A stretch of DNA of 63,631 nucleotides, filler included, from Stramenopiles sp. TOSAG23-2 (GCA_900128395.1; 20 parts of 20 records of this genome joined end to end with filler, not necessarily neighbours in it); one strand, 5' to 3'. Shown: positions 11,590 to 23,351, numbered from the whole stretch's first letter. Made by a program: numbers and translations. The notes: a model not told the origin generated them from the sequence alone.

Positions 11590-12161
11590 GTTTTGTATTA
11601 ATTCGTTTCGTTTGTCTTTTTTATTTAACCCAACATGTTGCAAGCTTTTTTTTATCCCAGAACTCCCTTAAACAACATGGGTTTTTTCGGTAATTTGATA
11701 GATAAATTTATATACGAAAAAGTATACGAGGCAATCTGGGAATCTATATTACTGTATGTTATACTTAAAGTACTGTAATAGACGACTCATCAGCTTGCAT
11801 CTTGCACTCTTCACAATTCCAGAATTGCACAAATTCATCAATATAATTATTATCACGCACTACCAGGTATTATTAATTACTGTATACCACAGAAGACGAC
11901 TATTATATTTTCAAAAAAATAATGATAATATATATAATAATAATAATAAAAAAAACACACACACACCCCTGTGTGTGCCAGTGTAAGTGTGGTTGTTTAT
12001 ATAATTTTAATATTACAAAATTATTATTTTCTTAATTCAATATAAATAGCGCTATACAGTAGATCTATTCATAGTATTATATACAATATATATTACAAAA
12101 AAAACAACGAATGCGACGACGGTTGTGTAACTAATTAAAGAGAGTCTACACGAAAATTAAC

Positions 12162-13147
12162 ATGAATACAAAAGGAACCATATCATTACTTGTTGGACAA
12201 TGTGGAATACAAGTTGGAGATGCCATTTTTGATGAATTGGCAAGTTCATACATGTTACAAAATAATGGTAAGAACGTCACGTACAATAATTTTAATAACC
12301 AACATGATGTAAATAATAATGTTAATGCTTTTTTTGATGAGAAATATCATGCAAGAGCTATTTTAGTGGATACAGAAGCAAAAGTAGTTGCAAAGACTAT
12401 TGCGAAAAGTAAACATCGAAAATGGAAATATTCAAATAATAATAAAAAAGATATAGATAGTATTAGTGTTGTAAGACAAGGTGGTGCTGCAAACAATTGG
12501 GCGTATGGGTACATGGATCAAAGCAACATCGAAGTAGCGACTCAAACAATTGAAAAAGTTCGTAAGCAAATTGAAAAACTTGATTATTTATATGGTTTTA
12601 ATATTATATCAAGTGCAGCTGGTGGTACTGGCTCCGGTGTTGGTACCAGATTAAATGAAGAGTTAGGGGATATATATAAAACAATACCTCTTGTACATAT
12701 TGTTATTCTTCCCTTTGAAGCTGGTGAAGTTGCTGTACAAAGTTTAAATAGCATCTTTTCATTATCTCATATAATAAAAAATAATTATGGTGGAACAATC
12801 ATTGCACGCAATGATTTGGCATTTATGACATGTAAACGAAATGGAATATCATCTCCTGGGTTAAATGATTTGAATAATGTAATAGCTAGAAATGTATCAT
12901 CCATATTTGCTGCGGCTGGATCATCTTTTTATGTAGATTGTATCCCTCATTTATGGAGTCAAAATAATTTATATCCATTTGTTGAATTAAAATCAGTTCC
13001 TCAAACATCTGAAGATGCCATTGAATTTAATAACGATTCATGGGAAGCACTTGGAAAAGAATTATCACGTGAATTTTTAGATAAAGATCATAATAAAAAG
13101 ATGTATTCATCATTTCTATTTTTACATGGCCCAGATTCCAATCATTT
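12162..13147 (+). CDS. TUBD1: Delta-tubulin (3'-truncated)
   Basis: VGQCGIQVG, ARAILVDTEAKVV, NNWAYGY, AGGTGSGVG and GEVAVQSLNSIFSLSH match delta-tubulin-type motifs. Confidence 0.85.
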
Positions 13148-13741
13148 NNNNNNNNNNNNNNNNNNNNNNNNNNNNNNNNNNNNNNNNNNNNTTAATTAAT
13201 TAANNNNNNNNNNNNNNNNNNNNNNNNNNNNNNNNNNNNNNNNNNNNGTAATTTAAGTATGTCTATTGCAATAATATATACACAGCATTAAATTATAACA
13301 CCTGCTGTGTCAATTCTAAATCCAAGACATAACCAAAAAAACGTGTAAGAATCCGGATCATAATAAAACTTAAATAATAAAAATGGAAGCTGGATTAGCA
13401 CAATAGGAAGGCTGGAAGGCTGGAAGGCCCAGCAGCAGAATGTAGGTATAATAAGAAGGCCACTGCGATGGGTTGCATGGATGGAGGAAGGCCGACGAAG
13501 TATTAATATAATATGTATAATAATAATAAAAAAAAGTAAAAAAAAAAAAAGAAGAGAAAAGTGCAAAAGAAGATGATGGGAGGAGGAAGAAGAACTTATT
13601 CCTAAGCTAACTGGCTAAATATCTTCTCTGTAAATATATACAATACATGTATATACATCGCATGATATGTAAATCGATAAGCAAAAGACATACAAATCTA
13701 CAGTTACATTGATTCTATTACTGAAAAGAGAAGGAAAAGAT

Positions 13742-16452
13742 ATGAGTGATAACAACAACAAAATTACTGACTTTGTTATCAACGAGGAAGTATTTCTTAC
13801 TATTGGCATACTAGGAACAACGGAAGAATTGAAATATGCAATACTCGACAAAGATGGAGAGCGTACTTTATGTCTTAAACGTAATGGTACGTTAAAAGCT
13901 CAGATAGACGCAAACTATTCAAATGCTATTAGTTACAGCTGGCAAAAAGATGATGGTGATACCAAACAAATAAATCTAGGTACAAATGATTTACCTTTTG
14001 GTTCGTCACTAGCAACTGGTTATAATACCAGACTCAAGACTCAATGGAAAATCAGGTATGATCTCCCCAATAACAAGTGGGGATTTGCAAAGGTTAAAAT
14101 TTTCCAATTGAGCGAAAGTGATTTTTTATTTGATACCATATTAATTCTGAAAAAAGGTTGGGATGGGGACATTCAGCCTATAGCTTTTTTGGATGCAAAT
14201 ATCCCACTCTACCCGCCGCCCCATTTGCCAAATGGACCAAATTTATCAAATAATACCCAAACTTTTCATACAATAATTGCATCCAAAGCATCTTTCATTA
14301 AAACAGTAACAGATCAATTAATAATTTTATCAGATTCCAAATTAAAAACAATTATCAGCGAGTGTCCTGATAACGTATTAAGTAATATAGTTAAGTTACC
14401 ACTTTACATATACAAATGGAATCAAACAGAAGATTTAGATGCAGGTCCATTAGCAGAAGATTTATGGAAGATTGGCAATTCAATTGGCATTCCATTAGTA
14501 CAATTTGAAGATGGAGAAACAGTTACAAAAGAAAATATTAATACTCGTTTGGATAAAAATGGCAATGTCGAAGAGGGAAAACGTTTAGTTGTTAATACGA
14601 ATGCGCTGAATACGTTAAACTTACGATGTATTCAAGAATTACAAAAAAATCAAAAGAAACTTACAAAAAAACAAAATGAATATGTTTCTTATTTGTATAA
14701 GAAAATACAACAAATGGATAGTGATATGAAATTAATGGATAACAAAGTTCAAAACATAGGAAACCAAGTTAAAAACCATGCAGATGAGATTCAAAGTTTA
14801 AAGCAACAGAAGAAAGGATCTAATTTAACAATAAAAAAAACGATAGAAACGAGTATGGGGAAACAGACAACTGTATATTCAGGTGATGCGGACAAAGTAA
14901 TTGCTGCAAGACAACAAAGTGCCGAACGTAATGATAATAACAACAATAATAATTTAAAACAAGAAATTAACATAACTTTGGCAAATGATGTAGATATCAA
15001 CATGCAAGAAAAACAAAGAATTTCGGCACATGTTGAAAAAGAATATGATGTTGAAAAACAGGTTGAAGAAATGGATTTAAATAAATTATCAACCATAAGT
15101 ACTACAATTTTGAATGATCCTGGACATTGGGATTTTTTCATTGGTCATTCGAGGCGCAGTGGGCAGGCAACAACCCTTGCTGCCACTCTATACCATGAAT
15201 TGACTACGAAAGGTTATACTGTATGGTTAGATGTTAAAATGCCCAATCCGGCAACGGATGCAATGAAAGAAGGAGCTCAGAATTGTAAATTATTTCTTGC
15301 AATTATAACTGGCCCTTGTATGAATGAAGACAATCCTAATGACCCACCTGAAAAAAATGCATATTTCAATCGACGGTTTTGTCTTGAAGAATTGAAATGG
15401 GCGAAAGAATTTGGTATACCTATTCAACCTGTCGTTCGAAGAAATGATCAACAGAAAATAGGAGAATTAATGACCTTGGCACCAGATGAATTTAAATTTC
15501 TTGGTGATATAGCATTTATGAAAGTAGATCGTGATGACCCAGAAGTTTTAAATGTGAATGTTGCTAAAATTATTAAGCAATTATCGGGTGGTCCTGCTAC
15601 TAGTAAAATGCGAGAAATAATAAATAGAAGGAAAACAAAAATTGTTCCGCTTGTACAAACAAATATAAAAAACAATGCAGCGTTGGTACCAAAAGAATTG
15701 GAAGAAGAAATATTACGCGCAAAACCACAAAATAATAATAATAATAATAATAATAATCCTAGTAATGCTGAAGTAAAGTATACTGAAGCAATATTCTGTA
15801 AATTATTTCAAACGCATATCATGAATCTAGAAAATCTTAACAATATGATAGAAGCATTAAATAATATGATGCAAATAGGCGATGTTCAAAAAATTGCTAC
15901 AAAGATAGGATGCAAGAATATCAACATCAATTGTCTACCGGAACGAAGACAATTATTGAATACGTTAAGAAAGATATGCGAAGAAGGTAGACTAGCAAAC
16001 GATACTCTCACACCTGATCAGCGAAAAAAACTAGATGAATATTATAACAAATATAACAACGACAACAAAATTAACAATATTCATATTCACGGTCCAGCTG
16101 GTTCAGGTAAAACATATTTAGCATTAGATTTTATTACAAAAGAAATTAAACACAATTCAAAGACGAAAATATTGTTTGTTTGTACAAAAAATGGATTTGC
16201 AAAATTTTTAGCTAGATGGATTTTAATTCGTATTATAAATACAAAAGAAGAAGATAAAAGTGATGATGAGACAAAAGAAGATGATGCAACGAAATATAAT
16301 CCTCAATATATTTTAAATTGTATACATTTTTGTACTGAAAATACAGGATATAAAGCACATCAAGGTATATTAAAACAAGATTCCGACGATCAGCCGGTAT
16401 ATTTACATTTTGATCAAATTCAAGATACAGACCGTGTAGATGAATATAATTT
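13742..16452 (+). CDS. Unknown N-terminal domain + coiled coil + TIR domain + SF1 (Schlafen-like) helicase, 3'-truncated
   Basis: TIR at about 15120-15590 (WDFFIGHSRR...VWLDVKM...AMKEGAQNC...YFNRRFCLEELKWA). Walker A GPAGSGKT starts at 16091. From about 15641 onward it is near-identical to the 36734 gene. Confidence 0.85.
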
Positions 16453-16553
16453 NNNNNNNNNNNNNNNNNNNNNNNNNNNNNNNNNNNNNNNNNNNNTTAA
16501 TTAATTAANNNNNNNNNNNNNNNNNNNNNNNNNNNNNNNNNNNNNNNNNNNNC

Positions 16554-16748
16554 GACAATAAGGACGTTAATAATGAGGAAAATATAAGTGCAAAATTATT
16601 GATAAAAAACCAAGAAAGCACAGATAATAATAATCTAACCATGTATAATAACAATAAACCATTTCCAATGGATTTTGTATTAAATGAAAAGAATTTGAAT
16701 ATATTGAATTCAATTAAGAGCGGTATCCATTTTAAACAAGGGATTTAA
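16554..16748 (+). CDS. 3' end of an unidentified gene
   Basis: Open frame DNKDVNNEEN...IHFKQGI* running from the contig edge. Confidence 0.45.
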   Translation, partial: DNKDVNNEENISAKLLIKNQESTDNNNLTMYNNNKPFPMDFVLNEKNLNILNSIKSGIHFKQGI

Positions 16749-17276
16749 TAATATATCATAAAGTAGTCAGTGCTAAATATATTCAATATAGCTATTTTGA
16801 CAGAGTATAATATTAAACTGCACCATTTCTCATCTTAATCTCCCATCATCCTCCATCATAAGGCCTGCGCTCAGAATTCCTATAATAGGTCGGAATAACT
16901 GAATAATTATAAATATGATGGGCGGCTGTATAAATAAATGAAATAAACTAGACGTTAAAACCTCAAAATTGATGTCCGCGTATGTCGTGTATGCATGTGC
17001 TATCTCCATGTATTATATTTACGGTACAATACTAAAATATAAGACTTACCAAACAACATACGCACACATAGCAAAACACCATACCCAGGTAATAATATAA
17101 TAATAAATAATAATTGAAGCACTAATAAAAAAATATTATAATAAAATAATAATATACCAGTAATATACGAGGATATATGATATATGCATCATAGTTGATA
17201 AATAACGTTAGTAAAAGGAAATTAATAAAATAATAACAATATAACACAGAGTATATAATTTTAATAAATAATAACA

Positions 17277-17744
17277 ATGACAGATGATCAAAATGTAAAA
17301 TATATAAAAAGACCGTTGGAATGTCCATGGCCACAAGTAGATGGTGCAGAGAGAATAATTAAAGAAGAAGCATTGGAACGTGTCAATGCAGTCATGAGAT
17401 TTGGTGGGCGTAAGCGCAAAGAAAAGACGTCATCATTTCATTCAGCTGAAAATAATCGCAGAAAAACAAATATGAAATTAAATAAAAGGCATAAAGTCCA
17501 TTCAGCGACTGATGAAGGCAGCATGGAAGCGTTTAGTTTTCTTGATAGGTACGATAGAGGATATATTATGGCAAATGATTTAAGATTAGCTTGTGCGGAT
17601 CAGGGCATTAATTTAGATGAAGAGCAGGGACAACAATTATTGTGGAGAATATTAAATTCAAGTATATCAAAAATGAATGATAACCAGCCAGACGGCGCAA
17701 CATTTGTACAGTTTGAAAAGTGGTTGTGGTTACCCTTTAAGTAA
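17277..17744 (+). CDS. Small EF-hand protein
   Basis: EAFSFLDRYDRGYIMANDLRLAC is an EF-hand, followed by a degenerate second hand (DGATFVQF). Confidence 0.7.
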   Translation: MTDDQNVKYIKRPLECPWPQVDGAERIIKEEALERVNAVMRFGGRKRKEKTSSFHSAENNRRKTNMKLNKRHKVHSATDEGSMEAFSFLDRYDRGYIMANDLRLACADQGINLDEEQGQQLLWRILNSSISKMNDNQPDGATFVQFEKWLWLPFK

Positions 17745-18127
17745 TAGTACGGAGCTTGTCTCGTACTAAAATCGTACGAAAGACGAAAGTATATTTTATA
17801 ATATATATTATAATATGATGATAATATATATGCATATATATATGCATATATTTAAACTAAATTATATTTGGTAAAATATGATATCTATCATATGATAGAT
17901 TAATAGAAGATGGTTAAAATCTACGTAAGTGTTATAATTTTACACTTTTCTCGTGTTACGTACTGTAATATGCTCAATACTCAATCGCAAGAATAATATT
18001 CTATCTTACTATAGTAAAGCTGTAATGCACCTCTGCATAGATTTTAAATATAATATTTAAATAAATAATTTGTACGGAAGTATAAAATAATATATCATAT
18101 ATAAAATGTTGTGATATATAAATCTTT

Positions 18128-19756
18128 TTACTTCAATGTTCTTTTCTTTCTTCCAGTCTCTGTTTCAAATTCAAATTCTGCATTATTATAATTTTCTTGT
18201 ACATCAAATTGATCAATTTGATTAACATCTTCATCAATTTCAGTAGGTGTATCGGTGCGTTTGTTTGGTGGTAAAGAGCCCATACTCTCACTCACTGATG
18301 ATTTTGATAGCTGTTTGCCATTTCCTGATAACATCGTTGCTAAATCATCTTCCTCAAGTGATCCAAAATCAATGCTATTCTCTTCAAACTTATCTAGCTT
18401 CGATTTTTTATTGCTATTATTATTGTTATTATTAATAATTGGTGAATGTTCAAAACTTTCCTCGAAAAAATTGTCGTCAGAATAATTACCAAAACTTCCG
18501 TCGTTTTCATTGTTATTATCAATTTGCATTTCTTGAAGCATTCGTTGAAATTCATCATCCTCATTATTATTATTTGTATCTTTTTTCCCATCATTTTGCT
18601 TGCTATTGATCTCATTATCATTATTTTGATTCACAACACTATTTCCTGTTAGTTTATTACTTTCGTTTTCTATATCTGCAAGCATATCATTAAAATGTTT
18701 TATATCTTCTAACGAATCGTCGTGGAAATCATTATTAAAATCTTCACTATATGTTTCGCTAGTCAACGATTTTGTTGAAGACAGTGTATTCGTATTGCTT
18801 TTATTAATAGATTTATTTATAGGTGTATTAGTGTTATTTGCTAATGCTTCGATTTTAGCTAAATTTATCATTCCTTTCTCTTCTTCTTCTTCTTCACGTA
18901 ATTTTTCTTGACGTTTACGTTCATTTTCTTTTTTCTCTTCCTTTTCTTTACGTAATTTTTCTTGACGTTTTCGCTCTTTTTCATTACGTAATTTTTCTTG
19001 GCGTTTCCTTTCTTTCTCTTCTTCTTCTTTTTCTTTACGCGATATCTCTTTTTCCCTTATATTTTTATTCTTTTCATACTCTTCCACTTCCTTGATAGTT
19101 GGTACAGTAGGAGGTGATTTCGGTGATTTATTTTGAATGACTTCGTCATCATCCTCTTCATCATCAAAAAAATCTTCAGAATATGCTTCGCTAACAGTTG
19201 ATTTTGTTGGTGAAACCATTGCACTATTATTATTATTATTATTATAAGACGCCTCTTCTCCGTTTTTATCATCCTGTTGATTTTTAACAACTTCTTTGGA
19301 CTTTTTTAGGTCATCATCGTTTTCAAGTTCCTTTGATAATTTTTTGATACGTTTTATACTTTCCTCCGTCCTTTTACCAGTGCGATCCATTCGTTCTTTC
19401 TCTTCATTCTCTGATTTTTTGTTATTACGCTTTACCTCTGCGACTTTTCTTGCTTCAAATCCACGATATCTTCGCTGAATCTCCATTGCAGCTAACTTTT
19501 CATCTTTTGTTTTTGCAAGTTGAGGTTGATTCTTTCTTCTTTGGCGGTTTCGTTTCATATTATTAGATGTTTTACTGCTATTTTTCTTATGTTGCATAGT
19601 CTTCTTATCATCGTTTAATTTATTTTGTCTGCTGCTTTTTAATCGGTTTGCATGACGTTCTGCAGCTTGATTTTGCCTGCTATGTTTGCGCCTTTTATAG
19701 TTGTTATTAGTATTATTATTATTATTATTACTACTACTACTACTACTATTACGTGG
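18128..19756 (-). CDS. IQ-motif, charged low-complexity protein (5'-truncated)
   Basis: IQ motif AAMEIQRRYRGFEARK and KRQEKLR repeats. The frame stays open upstream of ATG 19597 to the contig edge. Confidence 0.75.
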   Translation of the reverse strand, partial: PRNSSSSSSNNNNNNTNNNYKRRKHSRQNQAAERHANRLKSSRQNKLNDDKKTMQHKKNSSKTSNNMKRNRQRRKNQPQLAKTKDEKLAAMEIQRRYRGFEARKVAEVKRNNKKSENEEKERMDRTGKRTEESIKRIKKLSKELENDDDLKKSKEVVKNQQDDKNGEEASYNNNNNNSAMVSPTKSTVSEAYSEDFFDDEEDDDEVIQNKSPKSPPTVPTIKEVEEYEKNKNIREKEISRKEKEEEEKERKRQEKLRNEKERKRQEKLRKEKEEKKENERKRQEKLREEEEEEKGMINLAKIEALANNTNTPINKSINKSNTNTLSSTKSLTSETYSEDFNNDFHDDSLEDIKHFNDMLADIENESNKLTGNSVVNQNNDNEINSKQNDGKKDTNNNNEDDEFQRMLQEMQIDNNNENDGSFGNYSDDNFFEESFEHSPIINNNNNNSNKKSKLDKFEENSIDFGSLEEDDLATMLSGNGKQLSKSSVSESMGSLPPNKRTDTPTEIDEDVNQIDQFDVQENYNNAEFEFETETGRKKRTLK

Positions 19757-20258
19757 NNNNNNNNNNNNNNNNNNNNNNNNNNNNNNNNNNNNNNNNNNNN
19801 TTAATTAATTAANNNNNNNNNNNNNNNNNNNNNNNNNNNNNNNNNNNNNNNNNNNNCAGAGGAAATTACACCCATATACAACGAGAAATTCAAAATTTAA
19901 AAAATAAAAACTTCAAAATAGGTTAAATTGACCAAGTTTAATCTATCTTAGACATGTGTGAAATTCTTACACTCATATCTCATCTAGATTTTTTTTTATT
20001 TAAAATCGTTTCTGGGCAACTTATGCCCGAGACCACCATATGGTCATATGTAATTGGACAACAAAAAAATAAAAAAAATTCCGTTTATGTTTAAAAGCTT
20101 TTACGCAGTCACTACTTACTCCACTATGATACCTTACAAGGTAACAGTAAGCAATTTATTATAGACTACGATATGAACAATACCATTTGATGCAAAATAC
20201 TTGACCTATTTAGAATGGTTGATATGATACCTTTTCTATTTTTACTTTGTTTTCTGAT

Positions 20259-20861
20259 TCAAAAATATGACGATAACTTCAAAATCTTGTTGAATGTAAA
20301 TAAGAAAGACCATTCTAAAATTAGTGAAGTATGGAACTGACAATATCCAAACACCCTCCATCTTTTTTTTTTCAAACCTAGGCCTGATGTATGGCTGCAT
20401 AGTAATATTATTCTGTTGATCATGTTGAGTAAACAAACACTGTTTTCTTTTTCCAGACAACGAACGAAATATTTTCTTTCTTTGTAACTGGCAAAGAGAG
20501 CAGCCAAGCCACTCTTTATATCAATAAGTGAGATTTGGAATGCCATCGACGACGCTTTTATCTCATTTTCAACCAATTTCATAATCAACCTAGATTTTAA
20601 ATCTATGCTGTAAGTAACAGGCTCATGCCATGAGACAGCCCCATTTCCTCCACACATAGGATCGGAGTAATAAAACGCGCTGTTACCTAGCCCTGATTGA
20701 ATTTTCACCCATGAAATGCACTTACTTTGACAAATGGGTGCATGCCACGAAGTCATACCGTCACCGCCTAACGAGGGATCGCTAAAATAATACAGTCTTC
20801 CAGAGCTATAAATCTTCACCCATGATGACATTGGTTGGACAGCTGGCACATCATTCTGCAT
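20259..20861 (-). CDS. Protein with two divergent WW-like domains
   Basis: WVKIYSSGRLYYF...TSWHAP and WVKIQSG...FYYS...VSWHEP. Confidence 0.55.
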   Translation of the reverse strand: MQNDVPAVQPMSSWVKIYSSGRLYYFSDPSLGGDGMTSWHAPICQSKCISWVKIQSGLGNSAFYYSDPMCGGNGAVSWHEPVTYSIDLKSRLIMKLVENEIKASSMAFQISLIDIKSGLAALFASYKERKYFVRCLEKENSVCLLNMINRIILLCSHTSGLGLKKKRWRVFGYCQFHTSLILEWSFLFTFNKILKLSSYF

Positions 20862-21135
20862 AGGGTTTTGATAGAGATACTTTATAAATAATGAGTTTAA
20901 AGTTATGTGTGTTGATACAAGTTGTACGATAATTCTGGTCCCATAACGTCAACCAGTCAACATCCATTATGAATAGTGTTATTTTTTTCATATTTTGACA
21001 CTTTTTCTGCCATTATTTTAAATAGGATCTTATACTTGCAAGTCTTAATAGGATTATTTGTAAAAATCCAACGTTTTTGCTGGTTTGCGGCTTTTTCTGT
21101 TTAATAATATATAATAAATCGACTGCCCGGTAAAT

Positions 21136-21316
21136 TTTTTAATGATGGCGATGCGCTAGCATCAACATAGCATTAAAATCACAAAAATAGAGTTAATAAT
21201 TAATTTACTGTTTCCATTATTCTAATTACAGTATATTATTTGATAATTATAAAAATTCCTGAAATGTTATCTATTGTTTTAAGGCGGCTCAACGCTCACA
21301 TCGCCATCATTAAAAA
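21136..21316. repeat. 18-bp perfect inverted repeat flanking 145 bp (MITE-like)
   Basis: tttttaatgatggcgatg (21136-21153) and catcgccatcattaaaaa (21299-21316). Confidence 0.6.
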
Positions 21317-21354
21317 CTCTGCCTAAGGACTGGTAGCAACGTGTCACGTTTTAC

Positions 21355-22350
21355 ACTAAAAAAAACTTAAGTTCAATATTAGTATACTATAATTTAACAA
21401 TTTGATAGGAAGAGGTCTTAAAATCAACAAAAAATAGTGAATTCTATCCACGATCTGGTACTTAGCGGTACAGTATGACGTCATTACCTATCTATAAATA
21501 GCAATACCGAGTTATATCGGGTGAATTGAAATCTGGGAACAAGATGGTACATGAGTTTTACCGTCATTTGAAATGACATTACGATGAGACAGGACTAACT
21601 ATATCTTCTAGAATGATTAATAGTCAACGTAATTGGCACTGTGAAGACCCCCAAGTGATAATTAGCACTAATTAGAACTGTGGATTCTTTGAAAAGATAT
21701 TAAAAGATACATTAACCGATATTAAGATAGAAGATAATATAGATATATATTATTATATATGTGTATACATATATAGTACACAGAGAGAGATCAGAGACAT
21801 GAGAAGAGAGAGAACGAGAGAGAGAACGAACATAAAATAAAAGACATCTATTAAGAACATTATTCGAACGAGATACATACGATTTATCTTATATATATAT
21901 CATTTATAAACAACCGTTTATAAATCCAGAATCAAGTGCTATAATATAGTGATACAATAGCCACAGTTTACTAAAAAATGTACCAAATTGTCTACTTTTT
22001 TAATTCGAAGTTTTATACTATCCCGATAATTGTTACTGTGCCGGCCAGTCACCCATTTTCGGTACATATTTGTTAGTATACTTAAACACTATTACCAATC
22101 AAATACACAAATTAATTCAAAACTCACACACTCGAAATTTAAATTTATTGAAAACCTGAAAACCGATTAATTTGTGTGTTTGATAGGTAATATAGTGTTT
22201 AAGTATACTAACAAATCTGTACCGAAAAGCAGTGACTGGCCGGCACAGTAACAATTATATCGGGATTTTGGTACATTTTTTACATTTTTTGTCGATTTCC
22301 CATCAAGTTGTTAAATTATATTATACTAATATTGTACTTAAGTTTTTAGT
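21355..22350. mobile_element. Foldback/MITE-like element with long imperfect inverted arms; left arm interrupted by an insertion of about 520 bp
   Basis: 21355-21410 pairs with 22298-22350. 21973-21987 pairs with about 22267-22282. About 22020-22117 pairs with about 22167-22266 (e.g. gttactgtgccggccagtcac / gtgactggccggcacagtaac). Confidence 0.7.
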
Positions 22351-22569
22351 AATAAAAATCGGAGGGGGTGTATTTCTCGATTTACATCTGATGGGCTGAG
22401 TGTATATGTGTCTTTTTTTTAAGTGAAGTAGCCATTATATATTTAAGTTATATTTTTACCTTCTTGATAGGTCATTTATACTTATTACTATACAATTTGA
22501 CATCCATTAACTTTTTCCTCATCTACTCCAACACCATTTTAAAAAATAGAATCCACATAGCATTAAACA

Positions 22570-22595
22570 AATCGATCCTTGTACAAGGATCGATT
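22570..22595. repeat. 26-bp perfect palindrome
   Basis: aatcgatccttgtacaaggatcgatt is its own reverse complement. Confidence 0.9.
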
Positions 22596-23156
22596 ATTGG
22601 GATATCCTATATTGACGTATAGTAATTAGTAGTCTAAATAATACATATTATTATGATTGAGGTATATCAATGCTATTTCAATGCTATTTGAAAATGTATA
22701 TAATCAAGATTTACATTAATACAACGAATCATATATCATATTTTAATTGTTTTTAATTTTTTAGAATTTATATTTCAAATCGTAATAATTTTTCGTTTCG
22801 AAAAATCAGTAATATTGTCTTTTTCTTTCCCCAGCTGATTACTTATATAGAAATATGTTTTGGAATGTTTTAATGTTTGAATTTTATACGCCACCTTCTT
22901 TATAAAGCTAAAAGTATCATATTCAATATACAAGATATATAATGCAAATACTATGGTGCTATTTGTATGCTAATTGCATTTGTCAAAGTGAGTACACGTT
23001 GAATAAATATATATATATATTAAACAAAATAATAATTCAACGGTGTTTTTATGTATNNNNNNNNNNNNNNNNNNNNNNNNNNNNNNNNNNNNNNNNNNNN
23101 TTAATTAATTAANNNNNNNNNNNNNNNNNNNNNNNNNNNNNNNNNNNNNNNNNNNN

Positions 23157-23351
23157 ACATGGAGGCGTGTGCAAATGGAGTTTAATAATCGTGTAGACCA
23201 TTTAATTGCGTTGCTCGGTCAAAATAGATCTCTTGGATTGTTTTCATTTCCAAACATTGTTAATGCAGCCACTGTGCAACAAGAGAGTGAAGACCCTGAA
23301 TATGAACATATTATAAATGGATATATTAATGGTCTATCTTCTAAGTTGTAA
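23157..23351 (+). CDS. 3' end of an unidentified gene
   Basis: Open frame from the contig edge ending ...YINGLSSKL*. Confidence 0.45.
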   Translation, partial: TWRRVQMEFNNRVDHLIALLGQNRSLGLFSFPNIVNAATVQQESEDPEYEHIINGYINGLSSKL

